The notes under the pieces are model-generated. The model did not search any database, had not been told where the DNA came from, and saw only the letters and a program-made list of their open reading frames with translations. The position numbers and the translations under genes were made by a program. Positions 34,111 to 51,525 of a stretch of DNA of 64,000 bases are shown piece by piece. The DNA is from the human T2T-CHM13v2.0 reference genome, Homo sapiens, in NCBI RefSeq assembly GCF_009914755.1, contig NC_060928.1; one strand, given 5' to 3'. Numbering within the stretch: position 1 is the stretch's first letter; each line of letters begins with the position of its first letter.

Positions 34111-34271
34111 AAAGTAGGCTGGGCGCAGTGGCTCATGTCTGTAATCCCAGCACTTTGGGAGGCGGAAGTGGGCTGATCATGAGGTCAGGAGATTGAGACC
34201 ATCCTGGCTAACACAGTGATGTAACAGGGTTTTGAAACCCAAAACATCCATGTTATTGCAACAATATTCAC

Positions 34272-35261
34272 TGTATTAGTTTATCCTCGTATTGCTATAA
34301 ATACCTGACACTGGATATCTTATTTTTAAATAGAGATTTAATTCGCTCATGGATCTGCAGGCTGTACAGAAGGCATAGCAGCTTCTGTTTCTCAGGAGGC
34401 CCCAAAAAGCTTCCAATCATGGCAGGAAGCCAAGCAAGAGTGAGTCATCTCACATGGTAGAAGCAGGAGCAAGTGTGTGGAAGAAGCTGCTTTTAGAAAA
34501 TGAGATCTCTTTAGTTATTAAAAGAAAACTGCAGAACTCCTCATTGGTTTTCCTTTACCTAATGATTTCTGTGAAGTGAGACTTGGGTAGTAGGAAGAAG
34601 GAATTAGACACTCTACCTGCCACCCTGCATGTGTGTGCGCTCGCGCACATGCTGTCTACATGTAATCCACTCCTTTTACTTTCCTTTGAAACTGGTAAGG
34701 TTAAAATAGGGGAGAAATCCTACATGTTGCAATGATAGCTTTTTGGAAAATTTAAGAAATCAAACTCTCCAGGCTCTCCATCTTGATTTATGCTTGAATT
34801 GTTATGTGCCATATTTGCTTTGAACTCTGATTACCAGAAGTTTTACTAAAATGTTGAAGAAATAATTCACTTTCACCTGCTTTCTAGATTTTGTACATCT
34901 CAGTTCATAAAGCAAGCTTATTGTTAGCATAGTTTTCTAAATGCTGCAGATTTGCAGCCATTACCACTACAAAGAATTTTGAATGAGGGATTTTTTTTCT
35001 TTGTTAAAATAGTTCGTGTTTCTGTAGAAATTTCACTTTTAGATTGAACTGCAATGGATAAGCTATCAAAAATAAAAAGAAAGAAAATGAGATCTCAGGA
35101 GAAGTCACTCACTATGGCAAAGACAGTACCAAAGGGGATGGTACTAAACGATTCATGAGAAGCCAACCCTACGATCCCATCACCTCCCACCAGGCCCACC
35201 TCCATGAGGGCTTGTAATTTGATGTGAGATTTGACTGCAGACACAGATCCAAGCCATATTA
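34272..35261 (-). mobile_element. MSTA-type MaLR LTR split by a retroposed insert
   Basis: TGTATTAGT..TTGCTATAAA..CACATGG..AGCAGGAGCAAG (34272-34509), resuming CACTCACTAT..CCCACCAGGCCCACCTCC..CAGATCCAAGCCATATTA (35097-35261). Confidence 0.85.
34510..35081 (+). pseudogene. 5'-truncated processed retrocopy of an unidentified mRNA 3' UTR (or orphan transduction)
   Basis: 572 bp of non-repeat-looking sequence ending in a degenerate A tail; perfect 15-bp TSD AGAAAATGAGATCTC at 34495-34509 and 35082-35096. Confidence 0.75.
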
Positions 35262-35785
35262 TTTACAAAAGCCAAAACATGAAAAAACTCAAACATCCTT
35301 CAACAGTTGAATAATTTAAAAGGATGTGGCTTACACATACAATGAAAAATTATTTAGACTCAAAATGAAAATATCTTGTCAGATGCTACAATATGGATAA
35401 ATCTTAAAGCCATTATTTTAAGTGAAATAAAACACTAACGAAGTGACAGTGTAAGATTCCACTTATATAAGGTATTTTACTTAGTAAACTCCTACAAAAC
35501 ATAAGTAGAAAATTGCTTGCCTATAGTTAGGGTTGTGAAACCTCAGTGGAGTCAAAGATCAAGGGGGGTTACTTGGAAAAAGCAGGCCCTCACCAGGTGG
35601 CCAACTCAAGAGCCCATAGACATAGCTACAGACAAGGAAATTATGCACAGAGTTTGGTCTTACTGAGGATTCCAAAAATAGTTCTGTAACCTCTCTCAAA
35701 TTCAATCTCAGCTATAGTCCAGAAGTGGTCCTTCCCATCAAGAGACCTGCAGGAAGACACAGCCAGCAATGGCCCTGGAGGCAGG

Positions 35786-35863
35786 CCTGCAGATCCTGGC
35801 CTCAGCTGTGGTCCCTGAAGCAGCCCTGCAGATCCTGGCCTCAGCTGTGGTCCCTGAAGCAGC
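35786..35863. repeat. Perfect 39-bp tandem duplication
   Basis: CCTGCAGATCCTGGCCTCAGCTGTGGTCCCTGAAGCAGC twice. Confidence 0.95.
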
Positions 35864-36374
35864 CCTGTGACTCAGTTCTAGCCATATGTAGTCACAGTCT
35901 GTGGCCATTCGTACACATTCAGAGGCTCACAGAGAGACCTGTAAAAACTGTTCCCAGGTAGTCAGCAGAAGCCAAACCCATTCATACACCTGTTATTTGG
36001 GCCATCATATACAGACAAACTTCAAAACCCTAGCCTACAACCTGCCATATAGATTAATGTCCTCAAGGAAATCTAATCTTTTCAGGGCCCAGAAGAATCC
36101 ATAACTGTCCAAATCTCTGGCAACACAACCATCAAAGACACAATGCACAGCAGACCCAGCAGCACCCTTGTGACCCAGCTACAACCCTTCTCTGCAAACC
36201 CAGAGGTAGTCTCATCAGCCTGGGGACCCAACAAAAGGAGATGTTTACCTGCCAAAAAATAGATTATACAAACTGTAAATCATTGTTAAATCCTTAAAAT
36301 ATACAGACACAGGGCTGCTTCAGGGACCACAGCTGAGGCCCAGATCTACAAGCATGCTTCCAGGACCACAGCTT

Positions 36375-39200
<2,826 letters not shown>

Positions 39201-39345
39201 AAAAATTCATATCACGCAAACACAGATATATAGTAAGTACTCAATGTAAAAAACAGATTCTTGAAAACTGCAACTATAAATGAAGCAATGTTACTATATA
39301 CCAAACATAACTCTTGTTTACGTCAATTAAAGTCTGGTAAAATTA

Positions 39346-39647
<302 letters not shown>

Positions 39648-39946
39648 TAAAATACGCTTTCTAAAATGATACGTTGCTTCACTTCGTTTCCAAGAATCTA
39701 TCAACAATGTAAGAGTTTATTATACACATATATAACTTATTTAGGTGTGTGTGAGAGACACACATTTTTATATAGATACAGATACACGTCAATGACAGAA
39801 TCTCAGGCTTCCTACTAAATAAGACAAAATTATAATAGTTATTAAGAAATAAGGTAATGATTGAGCGCTTAATATTAGCAATGTTCTAAGCTGGTTAATG
39901 ACATAGAACATTTAAGAAATCTAGAAGGTGAGTAAACACTTTAATC

Positions 39947-40132
39947 CAGTGGGGGCCAAAACTTTGAATGAGAGGGCTTTTTTGCTTATCTAAGGTGGTG
40001 GATATCACAAAACTTATTCACGAACCTTTTTCTTTAAGCTCATCAGCTATCATTAGTATTAATGTATTTCACGTGTGGCTCAAGACAATTCTTCCAATGT
40101 GGCCCAAGGAAGCCAAAAGGTTGGAAACCTGT
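39947..40132 (+). mobile_element. MER30 (hAT-Charlie MITE)
   Basis: ATCAGCTATCATTAGT..GTGTGGCTCAAGACAATTCTTCCAATGTGGCCCAAGGAAGCCAAAAG. Confidence 0.75.
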
Positions 40133-40784
40133 GCTTTAAACTATATTATAATTTGAAAATTTTCACATACAGAGTTTAAATCACAAATCTCAGTTTATAC
40201 TAAAACGATAACATTCTGAAGTAACATTACATTTTTTCATATTTAGGAAAATGCCTATTGTTCTGATAAAATTGCTGAGTAATAATTTTTGTAGAATTAT
40301 ATTTGCAACCTCTATAGGATTAAAAATCACTAAGCAGAAAAGACGCAACATCTGTCCCTGATGTTCTTGGGATTTCTGAACCAAATTCCAATATGTCCAC
40401 TACTCACCGTGCACATTTTAGACATGTACAAAAAGAATATTTGAAAAAAATACACTGACATAGAGCTCCTCAATATACACATATTCCTATGTCTCCAAAT
40501 GCAATGGAACAGCAGTCAGATCATGCAGCCCCTAATAAACGATAAAGTGGACATTGGCTCTCCCTGTAAACTTGAAGGGAGATCACTAAAGAAAAAAGAG
40601 AATTCTTAGATTTAACAGCATGGGACAGAAGATGCCCCTATTCATGAATATGAGAAAAAAATGCAGCCTTTTCAGAAATTATTTTCACTGGAGCAGAGCT
40701 TCCCAAACTACATTTTAAGGCCTAGCTTCCTTCTGGACCTTGGTCCCCTGGCCTGTGTCCTCTCCTTCATCCACTGTCACCTAC

Positions 40785-40880
40785 CTGGGTGTTTGGCTAC
40801 TGTCTCATGTATCTTCACTTTGTAGGGCTCCTTTCTTTGCTCCAGATAGATGACCAGGTCTGGGTTAGAGATAGCAACAC
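40785..40880 (-). CDS. ZNF732: ZNF732 KRAB-B exon (96 bp)
   Basis: AAACAG|GTGTTGCT..CACCCAG|GTAGGT; encodes (G)VAISNPDLVIYLEQRKEPYKVKIHETVAKHP(A). Confidence 0.93.
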
Positions 40881-41355
40881 CTGTTTATTTTAAAAAATTA
40901 ACATGCTACTGTTAGGGATTCTCCAATTACCTACCTAATACTATACTAAGTAGAAAAGAGAAATTATGGAAGATCCTACATAATTAATCCAAAAATTGTT
41001 TCCTGGCAGAATCTTTAAAATATTTAAGTATTTTAAATCTGTGGGTTCTAAGTTCCACTACCAAGTACTACTGAATCAAAATAAGCGGTGCAAATTGTAT
41101 TTTAAGATGTGGGAAACAATAATTTATGTCATTGAATTTCGAGAATTACCACTAACCTAAAATGGAGGACACAAATTAGCTCAAGAAAAGAGAAGGTTTA
41201 CGTAAAGATAAAACATCTTAATATTCTTTTTTACACCAGCAAACTCCCAACAGTTTCTTGAAGAAAGAAACTGAAATTCACACAAAGCAGAAGGTTCCCA
41301 AGAGACATTCTACAAAAATAGAAAATAAAACTCCCTGAGGGAGTATTAGGAATTA

Positions 41356-41535
<180 letters not shown>

Positions 41536-42333
41536 TTAATTTGACTACAGGTGAAATGAGTTAAGAGAACTAGTTCTGACATGTGACTGACTGAGATTAT
41601 CTGATAAAATAACTTTCAACACAGTAATGTTCTCTAAAGTATTCTATAGCTCTGCAGAAAAAGGATGGCATTCCAACAGTTTCTGTTCCTGCAATAAAAA
41701 TAACGGGCTACACTGACCTGCCCCTACCAAAACCAAGCAGAGTAGGCCCTGTGACCTCCTGGAAAAAAAGATTTAACTCAGCTCTCATGAAAGTATCTGG
41801 AATGCCTCACGCTTGACCTTGGCCTCGCTGTAATATGCGAGGAACTTAATTTAAAAATCAGAAATGTTTCCACCCAGAACAACAGACAGGATCTGTGGGG
41901 AGGGCACAGGTGATGATTTCTCTTCAAATTGTCCGTGTGATCCTACTGCAACACTGGGCTGAGAGTCACTTAGCTAAGCGCTGCCTCTCAAGCTTCAATG
42001 CGCATAAAAATTATTTTATATTCTCGGCCTCACTGTAACAAAATTTTGCAGGTTTGAAAAGAGTTCATGAATTAGCTTCTTATAGCAAGTCTTCTGTTAA
42101 TGCTGATGTTCCTCCACCTAGACACATTATATTACCACTCGGCTAGAGAAAGCAGGCACAGCATAGAGTCCCTTACCCCAACACCCTTATCACAACACAA
42201 ATACTTTTCATCCCAAGACAAGACCACAAATCATCATCCTGAAGCACAGCATTCTCTGGAGGCCGTTTAAAGTTTACAGAGGCTGGAGATGGTGTCAATG
42301 TCTGAGTAAGTCTGCATTTGAAAAACAACATGT

Positions 42334-42636
42334 GGTCCAGGGGTGGTGGCTCATGCCTGTAATCCCAGCACTTTGGAAGGCCGTGGTGGGGGGATCACAA
42401 GGTCAGGAGTTTGAGACCACCCTGGCCAATATGGTGAAACCCTGTCTCTACTAAAAATACAAAAATTAACCAGGCATAGTGGCGTGCGCCTGTAATCCCA
42501 GCTACTCAGGAGGCTGAGGCAGAAAAGTCACTTGAATCCGGGAGCTGGAGGTTGCAGTGAGCCAAGACCATGCCACTGCACTCCGCCTGGGCGACAGCGA
42601 GACTCCATCTCAAAAAAAAAAAAAACAACAAAAAAC
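42334..42636 (+). mobile_element. AluS (Sg-like)
   Basis: TSD AAAAACAACATGTG. Confidence 0.9.
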
Positions 42637-44564
42637 AACATGTGCGCCTGCATTAATGCGGTATTTATGGAGCATGTACTATGTGCTCAGGAGTATGTCA
42701 CAGAGCACTGTGCTAAGACACTCACATTATGTGTAAATTCTTAGGACATCCTGGGAGGTGGGCACTAAGTGTCCAATACTTCCCAGGATTTAAATACAGG
42801 GCCCAGAATTACCATTTCCTTTCTATTTTCCTACAATTGATTTGTTTTTTAAAGGTATAGAATAACCGGTCAATATAAATAGATCACAAAGAAACAAAGG
42901 ATGTATTAAATGCAATTCAGAGAAATTTATTTTTGTGTTGTATTTAAGATTTGTAAAAAAAAAAAAAAAAAAAAAAACTGCAGGGATGGAGAACAGGTTG
43001 CTGGATGAGATGTCTCTAGAAACACTGGTTTTAATTTTATAAAAAAGAATTTAAGGCACAAAAGTATATTGCTTTTCCCCATTTATCTGCTTTTGTGTTT
43101 CAGGAAATTGGGAGCACCAGCTTTGGAGAGGCAGTAGGAGTAGTCACTCCAAACTCTGATCTCCTCTAAGCAGTTCCGAGAGATTTCAGTGTGGGGTCAG
43201 ACCTGGACAAGGTTCAGCAGAGGGTGGATCTGGGCAGGGTTAGGACAGAGAGTGGGCCCTAGACTTCTGTTCTCTATGCCGCTAAGTTTTTTCAGTTTTG
43301 TCTTTTCTAAGCCTCCCCAAGAGAAATTTGATTCCCAGATTTTATGAAATTTTAATCTATTTTAGCCACTTCTCTGTGTCTTTAATAACATACAACAAGG
43401 AATTTAACCAAATCCCTTATGTTTCTCTAGCACAATTATATTAGAAGCTAAATATTTATTCTTAGCAAGGTAAAGACAATACAACTTCTCTTCTGTCAAT
43501 TAATAGTCATTCAGGTGGTGGCATCAAAACTCACAAAACAATAAAAGGGAAGTAACCCAAATGAAGCTTAAGTGTCCTGTACAATTTCCATCTTTGTACT
43601 GAACATATGATGCTGAATTCAACCATTTATTCATGTGCTCCAGACTGCAAGTTCCTTGAGGGTAGGGACCATGACTGCATCACCTCTTTTTCTAATGGAC
43701 CATATGAAATAGAAGTAATTAGCTTATGGATTAGTTTGAGTCTCCGGATCTCACTTTTCACCAAAAAAAAAAACTAGAAACCTGGAGCAACTCTTATTTG
43801 GGTACAAACCAAGGAGATTCTTTGAGGGGAGAAACAAACCCTGAATAAGTCATTTATCTTCCTCTAAAATGGGAGCAGAATTAGACCTTGCTGTCAGACT
43901 GACCCCAGTCTGCACAGGACATCCGCAGATGTCTCAAATACAGGTGCTGGTTGAGTGTCCCCAGTGACCTTGGGCTGATATCCCCATAGTGATCCAGGCA
44001 GGAGAGATTCAGGCTCAATTAGTGGGATGCAAACAGAAAATGAAACAGCCCTGGTGAAGCTGCAGATCCTGGATCCAGACGTGATAGCCCCTGTCCCTGA
44101 TCAGCTAACTCTGAGGCAAGGGGAAGGACAAAACTACTCTACTCCAGTAAGAGTTTACGGGGAGGCATTGTTGTGACTTTGGCTCTGAATATTTTGTGGC
44201 CCTGAACTCCCACTGCTAAGGTGTTTTTTTACACTTAACAGATTCTGCCACAGGATTCTTCTGTTCCCACCAGAAGCCTCCCACACAACTATATCAGGTC
44301 ACTGGACAAGATCTGGAAAACTCAAAGAGCTCCACCTATGTTGACCTCTCATGATGTAGAAAATGTCTTCTATGAGTTTTCTGTTATGTCTTCAGCCCAA
44401 AGTCTGGTCCTGTCTTGTGAATCCTAGGCAGAAGTCAGTTTTTATGTGCATATTCTAGGTGGGATCAATGTGCCTCAGCATTCTTAGGGGTTACAGTAAG
44501 CAGAGTAAAACCAGAGGTAAGATTCTCTCATGGAGGCTCCTTCAACACATTCTAAAGAATATTT

Positions 44565-45990
<1,426 letters not shown>

Positions 45991-46108
45991 TCCCAGGACA
46001 TAAATTCAGAATTTGGAACTACATATTTAAGACTTGGAGGGCTGGTGAGCTATGCACATTTGTGGGCATTTGGGCAAAGGGAGAAGGGAGTTGAAGTTCT
46101 CAGGTTTA

Positions 46109-47242
46109 CCCTAGAAGAAAACCTAAGCAATATCATTCAGGACATAGGCATGGGCAAGGACTTCACGTCTAAAACACCAAAAGCAATGGCAACAAAAGCC
46201 AAAATTGACAAATGGGATCTAATTAAACTAAAGAGCTTCTGCACAGCAAAAGAAACTACCATCAGAGTGAACAGGCAACCTACAGAATGGGAGAAAATTT
46301 TTGCAATCTACTCATCTGACAAAGAGCTAATATCCAGAATCTACAAAGAATTCAAACAAATTTACAAGAAAAAAACAACCCCATCAACAAGTGGGCGAAG
46401 GATATGAATAGACACTTCTCAAAAGAAGACATTTAGGTAGCCAAGAGACACGTGAAAAAATGCTCATCATCACTGGCCATCAGAGAAAATGCAAATCAAA
46501 ACCACAATGAGATACCATCTCACACCAGTTAGAATGGCGATCATTAAAAAGTCAGGAAACGACAGGTGCTGGAGAGGATGTGGAGAAATAGGAACACTTT
46601 TACACTGTTGGTGGGACTGTAAACTAGTTCAACCATTGTGGAAGACAGTGTGGCGATTCCTCAGGGATCTAGAACTAGAAATACCATTTGACCCAGCCAT
46701 CTCATTACTGGGTATATATCCAAAGGATTATATATCATGCTGCTATAAAGACACATGCACATGTATGTTTATTGTGGCACTATTCACAATAGCAAAGACT
46801 TGGAACCAACCAAAATGTCCAACAATGATAGACTAGATTAAGAAAACGTGGCACATATACACCATGGAATACTATGCAGCCATAAAAAATGATGAGTTCG
46901 TGTCCTTTGTAGGGACATGGATGAAGCTGGAAACCATCATTCTCAGCAAACTATCACAAGGACAAAAAACCAAACACCGCATGTTCTCATTCATAGGTGG
47001 GAGTTGAACAATGAGAACACGTGGACACAGGATGGGGAACATCACACACCAGAGCCTGTTGTGGGGTGGGAGGAGTGGGGAGGGACAGCATTAGGAGATA
47101 TACCTAATATAAATGACGAGTTAATGGGTGCAGTACACCAACATGGCACATGTATACATATGTAACAAACCTGCACGTTGTGCACATGTACCCTAGAACT
47201 TAATGTATAATAAAAAATATATAGACAGATAGATATAAAAAA
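46109..47242 (+). mobile_element. 5'-truncated L1PA (about PA4-PA5), antisense to ZNF732
   Basis: ORF2 C-terminus ([21 protein letters not shown]; [27 protein letters not shown]) and 3' UTR; 16-bp TSD GAAGTTCTCAGGTTTA at 46093-46108 and 47243-47258. Confidence 0.95.
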
Positions 47243-48118
47243 GAAGTTCTCAGGTTTAATCAATGCACATGTGTGATCCTGATTGGGATTATGGGCCCCA
47301 TGATCACGGAATCAGTGTCAGATTTGAAGATGCCAGGCACACTGACGAAGGAGGAATAACTGATTGCAGTACTAAAAAGTTATTTTTGTAGAAATCCAGT
47401 ATAACTGTTATAGAAGCGACTGTAGATAGAAGGAGAGACCATTCTGTTTCCAGATTTGGGGAGCACTTTGCTGCACTTTGTGCACCTTGCCACCAAATTA
47501 TGGGTTGTGAGTGGAATCCTGAGAAAGGTTTTTCTCTAAAGTGAAGCCTAGAGGGCACTTGTGTATAATGTCTGGTGATTCTGGACAGTGTGAGGAAAAA
47601 TATAACTAAAAGCAAAATCATCTCCAATCCTAAAAAACTCCACAATAATAGAGAAGTAAGAAAATGTTTTGTTACATAATTAAACCAAAATGTGATGTGC
47701 ATCATAGGCAATCTACTAAGAGACTACAAACACAGAAACTCACCATAATTCTCAAGTAGAAGACATGACAGCACCATTTGTCATATACGGCTTATTGTAA
47801 TTTCACCTAGTAATCTGAGAACTCATCTGGGTTTTCTAATTGGTAATATTTATAGAAAAAATAAACTTCCAACATCTTCATGACAGGAGGCAGATTTGCA
47901 ACGTGAGGCTAGGTACCTGCTGAAGGCAGCCTATTAGTCGCCTACAGAAACTGTGGGATAGGATGCATGTTCTTGCTATTCACTTTTCAAAGCAATAGTT
48001 TTCAGGTCCTAGATAAAGACAAGTTTGACTCAAAAAAGACAAATGACTTATTTAACTGACAAAAATGACATATAAATTTTAAAGAAGCAGAGAAAATACT
48101 TAAATATAAAAGTTTTCG

Positions 48119-48978
48119 AGACAGGAGCAGTGGCTCACGCCTGTAATCCCAGCACTTTGGGAGGCCGAGGTGGACAAATTGTAACGCCCAACCTTGTTTC
48201 TACTAACCCTGTTTTTAGACTCTCCCTCTTCTTTTAATCACCTAGCCTTGTTTCCACCTGAGTTGACTCTCCCTTAGCTAAGAGCCAGACAGACTCCATC
48301 TTGGCTCTTTCACTGGCAGCCCCTTCCTCAAGGACTTAACTTGTGCAAGCTGACTCCCAGCACATCCAAGAATGCAATTAACTGATAAAATACTGTGGCG
48401 AGCAATATCCACAGTTCCCAGGAATTCGTCTGATTGATAACGCCCAAAAGCCCCGCGTCTATCACCTTGTAATAATCTTAAAGCCCCTGCACCTGGAACT
48501 GTTTACTTTCCTGTAACCATTTATCCTTTTAACTTTTTGCCTACTTTATTTCTGTAAAATTGTTTTAACTAGACCCCCCCTCCCCTTTCTAAACCAAAGT
48601 ATAAAAGAAAATCTAGCCCCTTCTTCGGGCCGAGAGAACTTTGAGCGTTAGCCGTCTCTTGGCCGCTGGCTAAATAAACGGACTCTTAATTCATCTCAAA
48701 GTGTGGCGTTTTCTCTAACTTGCTCAGGTACAACATTAACACCTGAGGTAAGGAGTTCGAGACCAGCCTGGCCAACATGGTGAAACTCCCTCTCTACTAA
48801 AATTAGAAAAATTAGCTGGGCGTGGTGGCACAGGCCTGTAATCCAGCTACTCAGGAGGCTGAGGCAGGAGAATTGTTTGAACTCGGGAGGTGGAGGTTGC
48901 AGTGAGCCGATATCACGGCACTGCCCTCCAGCCTGGGCAACAGAGTGAGACTCCGGCTCAAGAAAACAAAACAAAAAA
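48119..48978 (+). mobile_element. AluS host split by LTR6B
   Basis: Alu 5' part 48119-48179, resumes CACCTGAGG at ~48740. Confidence 0.88.
48180..48735 (+). mobile_element. Solo LTR6B (HERV-S71)
   Basis: TGTAACGCCCAACCTTGTTT..GCCAGACAGACTCCATCTTGGCTC..AGTATAAAAG..AATAAA..GGTACAACA. Confidence 0.85.
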
Positions 48979-50586
48979 TGTTTTCAAACTAAATGCTTTA
49001 AGAAAAGGGAGAAGAGCAAAAATTATTCCCTCATTCTAAAGAGAGACCATTAAGCCGCGTCTAATTTGGGTTTGCTCCTGCAACAGCCAGGTTTAAAGGC
49101 ATGGTCTTGAAGTCACTAACGTCTGAATTCTCGCAGGCAAGTGAGGGATGGACTTGGGCACACTGTGTGCACAGGAAATAAGATTTGTGAGGAAGAAAAA
49201 AGCAGAAGAGAGAAAGGAGCTATCAAGAGTCATGGTGGGGACAGGGCAGGACTGACTAAATAAAAGACTAGTTTGTGCTACAAGTGCAGGTCTAGGCAGG
49301 GTTACCATCTGACTGATTCATGTGTCCATAAAGGCAGAGGAGATTAGGATCAGGTGGTCCAGAAGCCTGGGTGGGGGAAGGAAACAGGTTCCTGCTATAG
49401 ATCCAGTGTCTGGGGTTGAAATGAGCCAGGAGTCTTCCTGGCACTGTGTGTGTTATTGGCAGAATACCCTAGGAGCAAAGCTGTCACGGGCACAATTCCT
49501 GAGGGTAGAACCCTGTCCTGGGAGGAGTGTGGCAATGCGAATGGCCAGTGAGCGTCCTCGGGAGTGGGTTAGCATTAAGTGGGGGCTGGCAGCAGGGTGC
49601 AGGGAAGGGATGTTTCTCAGAACTCCTTTCCTCTAAGTTCCCAGTCCCTTCTCTCCCCGGAAGGAGACCTGGAGGAAAAGGACAGTGCCCAGCGGGACAG
49701 CACATGTGCAGAACCCGGCCGCGCCTCCCGCAGACACCAGGCATCTTTCTCCAGCCCAGGCTCAGCCATGTCTTTCTTCTGACAGAAAACGTGCGGAGTT
49801 TGCTCAACATCAGTCAATGCTCCAACCCCAACGCGGTGTCCAGCAACTCACTAACGACACCACCCAGAGTCAGCGAAGACCCCACAAGCTCAGCGCTCTT
49901 CCCGCAGCTGCCCCCCCCCCTGCAGACGGCAGTCCCTGCCTCTGGACACCCGTCTTCATTTCTGAACGCCTGCCTACAAACCAGGGGCGCCCACACCCTC
50001 CTCAAGTTCAATAATGTGGCAGAACTACTCACAGAACTCAGCGAAGCGCTGTGCGCGCCCACACCAGCGTATTCTAAAAGATGCCACTCAGGAACAGCCA
50101 CGCGGAGGAGGCGCACAGGGCAAGGGGACTGGTGGGCAAGTTGGAGCGGGCGGGTGATTTGCTTCGCTTCCTCACACACCTCACAAAAGCTTTTCCTTCA
50201 AGACCCGCTGGCAGCCCCCAAACCACAAGCCATGCCCGGGGCTGTCCCATTAATTAGTCCCCATTTGCTCACATGAACTCTATGTTTTGATAGGGCCTCG
50301 ATCTTATTCCGAACAGGGTAAAGTAGGGACTCGACGACCGGACCACAGCTCCTCCCAGGCGGGCACCTCGCACGCCACGCAGGCGTTTTCCCGATGAGCT
50401 CCTCCTCACCCCACAGCCCAGGGAAGGTGCGGGGCTGCGGGCGCAGAGCTGCACAAGTAGGGCTGCAGGCTGGGCCAAAGCCGCCTTGCGGGGACCGACA
50501 TGAACCCGGGTCCCTCACCGGAAGGGACCAAGGACTGAGGGCTGAGCGGCGGCAGCGGAGACTCCGTTCGCAGACTCCGTCCCGCC

Positions 50587-50596
50587 GCCGCCATTT
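50587..50596 (-). promoter_or_regulatory. YY1-type motif (AAATGGCGGC) in proximal intron 1
   Basis: GCCGCCATTT on + strand matches the YY1 core; motif only. Confidence 0.55.
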
Positions 50597-50652
50597 CCCG
50601 CCGGTTCGGATGAGGCCTCCCCAGCCTTGGGACGCCCTGCCCCCACACTCAC

Positions 50653-50655
50653 CAT
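50653..50655 (-). CDS. ZNF732: ZNF732 exon 1 coding part (ATG only)
   Basis: GGGGAAATG|GTGAGT; phase 0 joins KRAB-A GAA, the usual layout of ZNF91-family genes. Confidence 0.88.
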
Positions 50656-50842
50656 TTCCCCACTTCAGGGGTGTAGCGGAGTCTCAGCTACGAATCATCC
50701 AATACCCGCAGGTCACAGAGCGACGGAGGCTGAGGCTGTGACCGAATCACCGACGCCTCCCTGAGGGGTGAAAGCACGGCCGTGGAGACCCTAACCGAGC
50801 TCACGCTGGCGCAAAAGGCAAAAGCCGCGCCAGATCCCGGAT

Positions 50843-50905
50843 GCCGCCCCCTCCTCTCCGGCTGCGCGCCTGATTGGGCAGTTCTCAATCCAGCGCTCTG
50901 ATTGG
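50843..50905 (-). promoter_or_regulatory. Core promoter: GC box and two CCAAT (NF-Y) boxes
   Basis: CTGATTGG twice (ATTGG 50873-50877 and 50901-50905, 28 bp apart); GCCGCCCC at 50843-50850. Confidence 0.7.
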
Positions 50906-51259
50906 ATAAGATACCAAGCTCCCCACGCTCAGAATTTGAGTGACAGAACTTGCCACCACACAGTGCACTTAATGAGGCAAGAGAGACAGACTCGTGCCTC
51001 CAGGTATTTTCAGTCAGGGCTTTCTGTGCTAGGCTTGGCTCTGTTGGGGGTTCATTTTTAACCTTCTGGTGTGTAAGGTTACGCCCATTTATAAATTGTG
51101 TACGTACGCGCGCGCACACACACAGACACACACTTGTTCACAAATGGAAACAATATAATGACAATTATTTTAATATTTTAGATTTCATAACCTCTCTGTC
51201 CTCTGGTCTTTTGAGTAGGATTTTAAGGGGGAAGCAATCCTTTAAAAAATAAAATGTTA

Positions 51260-51525
51260 GCTATTTGTGAATTTTCAATTTTTTATTAGCCACATCAAAA
51301 ATAATAAAAAGAAACAAGTGAAATTGTTTATATTTTAACCTATTGTATCCAAAATATTGTTTCAATATGTGATCAATATATAATTAGAAATAAAGTATAT
51401 TTCTGATTTAATTCGTCTAAACTCACTGTGTATTTTATGTTTGCAGCACATTTTACCTCAAACCAGCCACATTCCAGGTACTCAGTAGCTACATATGTCT
51501 GGTGGCTGCCACATCGAGTACAGCC
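51260..51525. mobile_element. MER33-like hAT MITE
   Basis: TAGCCACATCAAAA..AGAAACAAGTGAAATT..CAGCCACATTCCAGGTACTCAGTAGCTACAT. Confidence 0.65.

Larger units (their letters stand above)
49700..50900. promoter_or_regulatory. CpG island over ZNF732 exon 1 and proximal intron 1
   Basis: Marked GC and CpG enrichment relative to the AT-rich flanks. Confidence 0.85.

Noticed and set aside
46045-47165. ORFs with homology to a known protein
   Set aside because: Broken L1 ORF2 C-terminus of a 5'-truncated L1PA; not retrotransposition-competent.
49527-50276. 249-aa ORF antisense to ZNF732
   Set aside because: GTG start, no recognisable domain, and lies in a CpG island where stops are rare; an antisense RNA is possible but unsupported.
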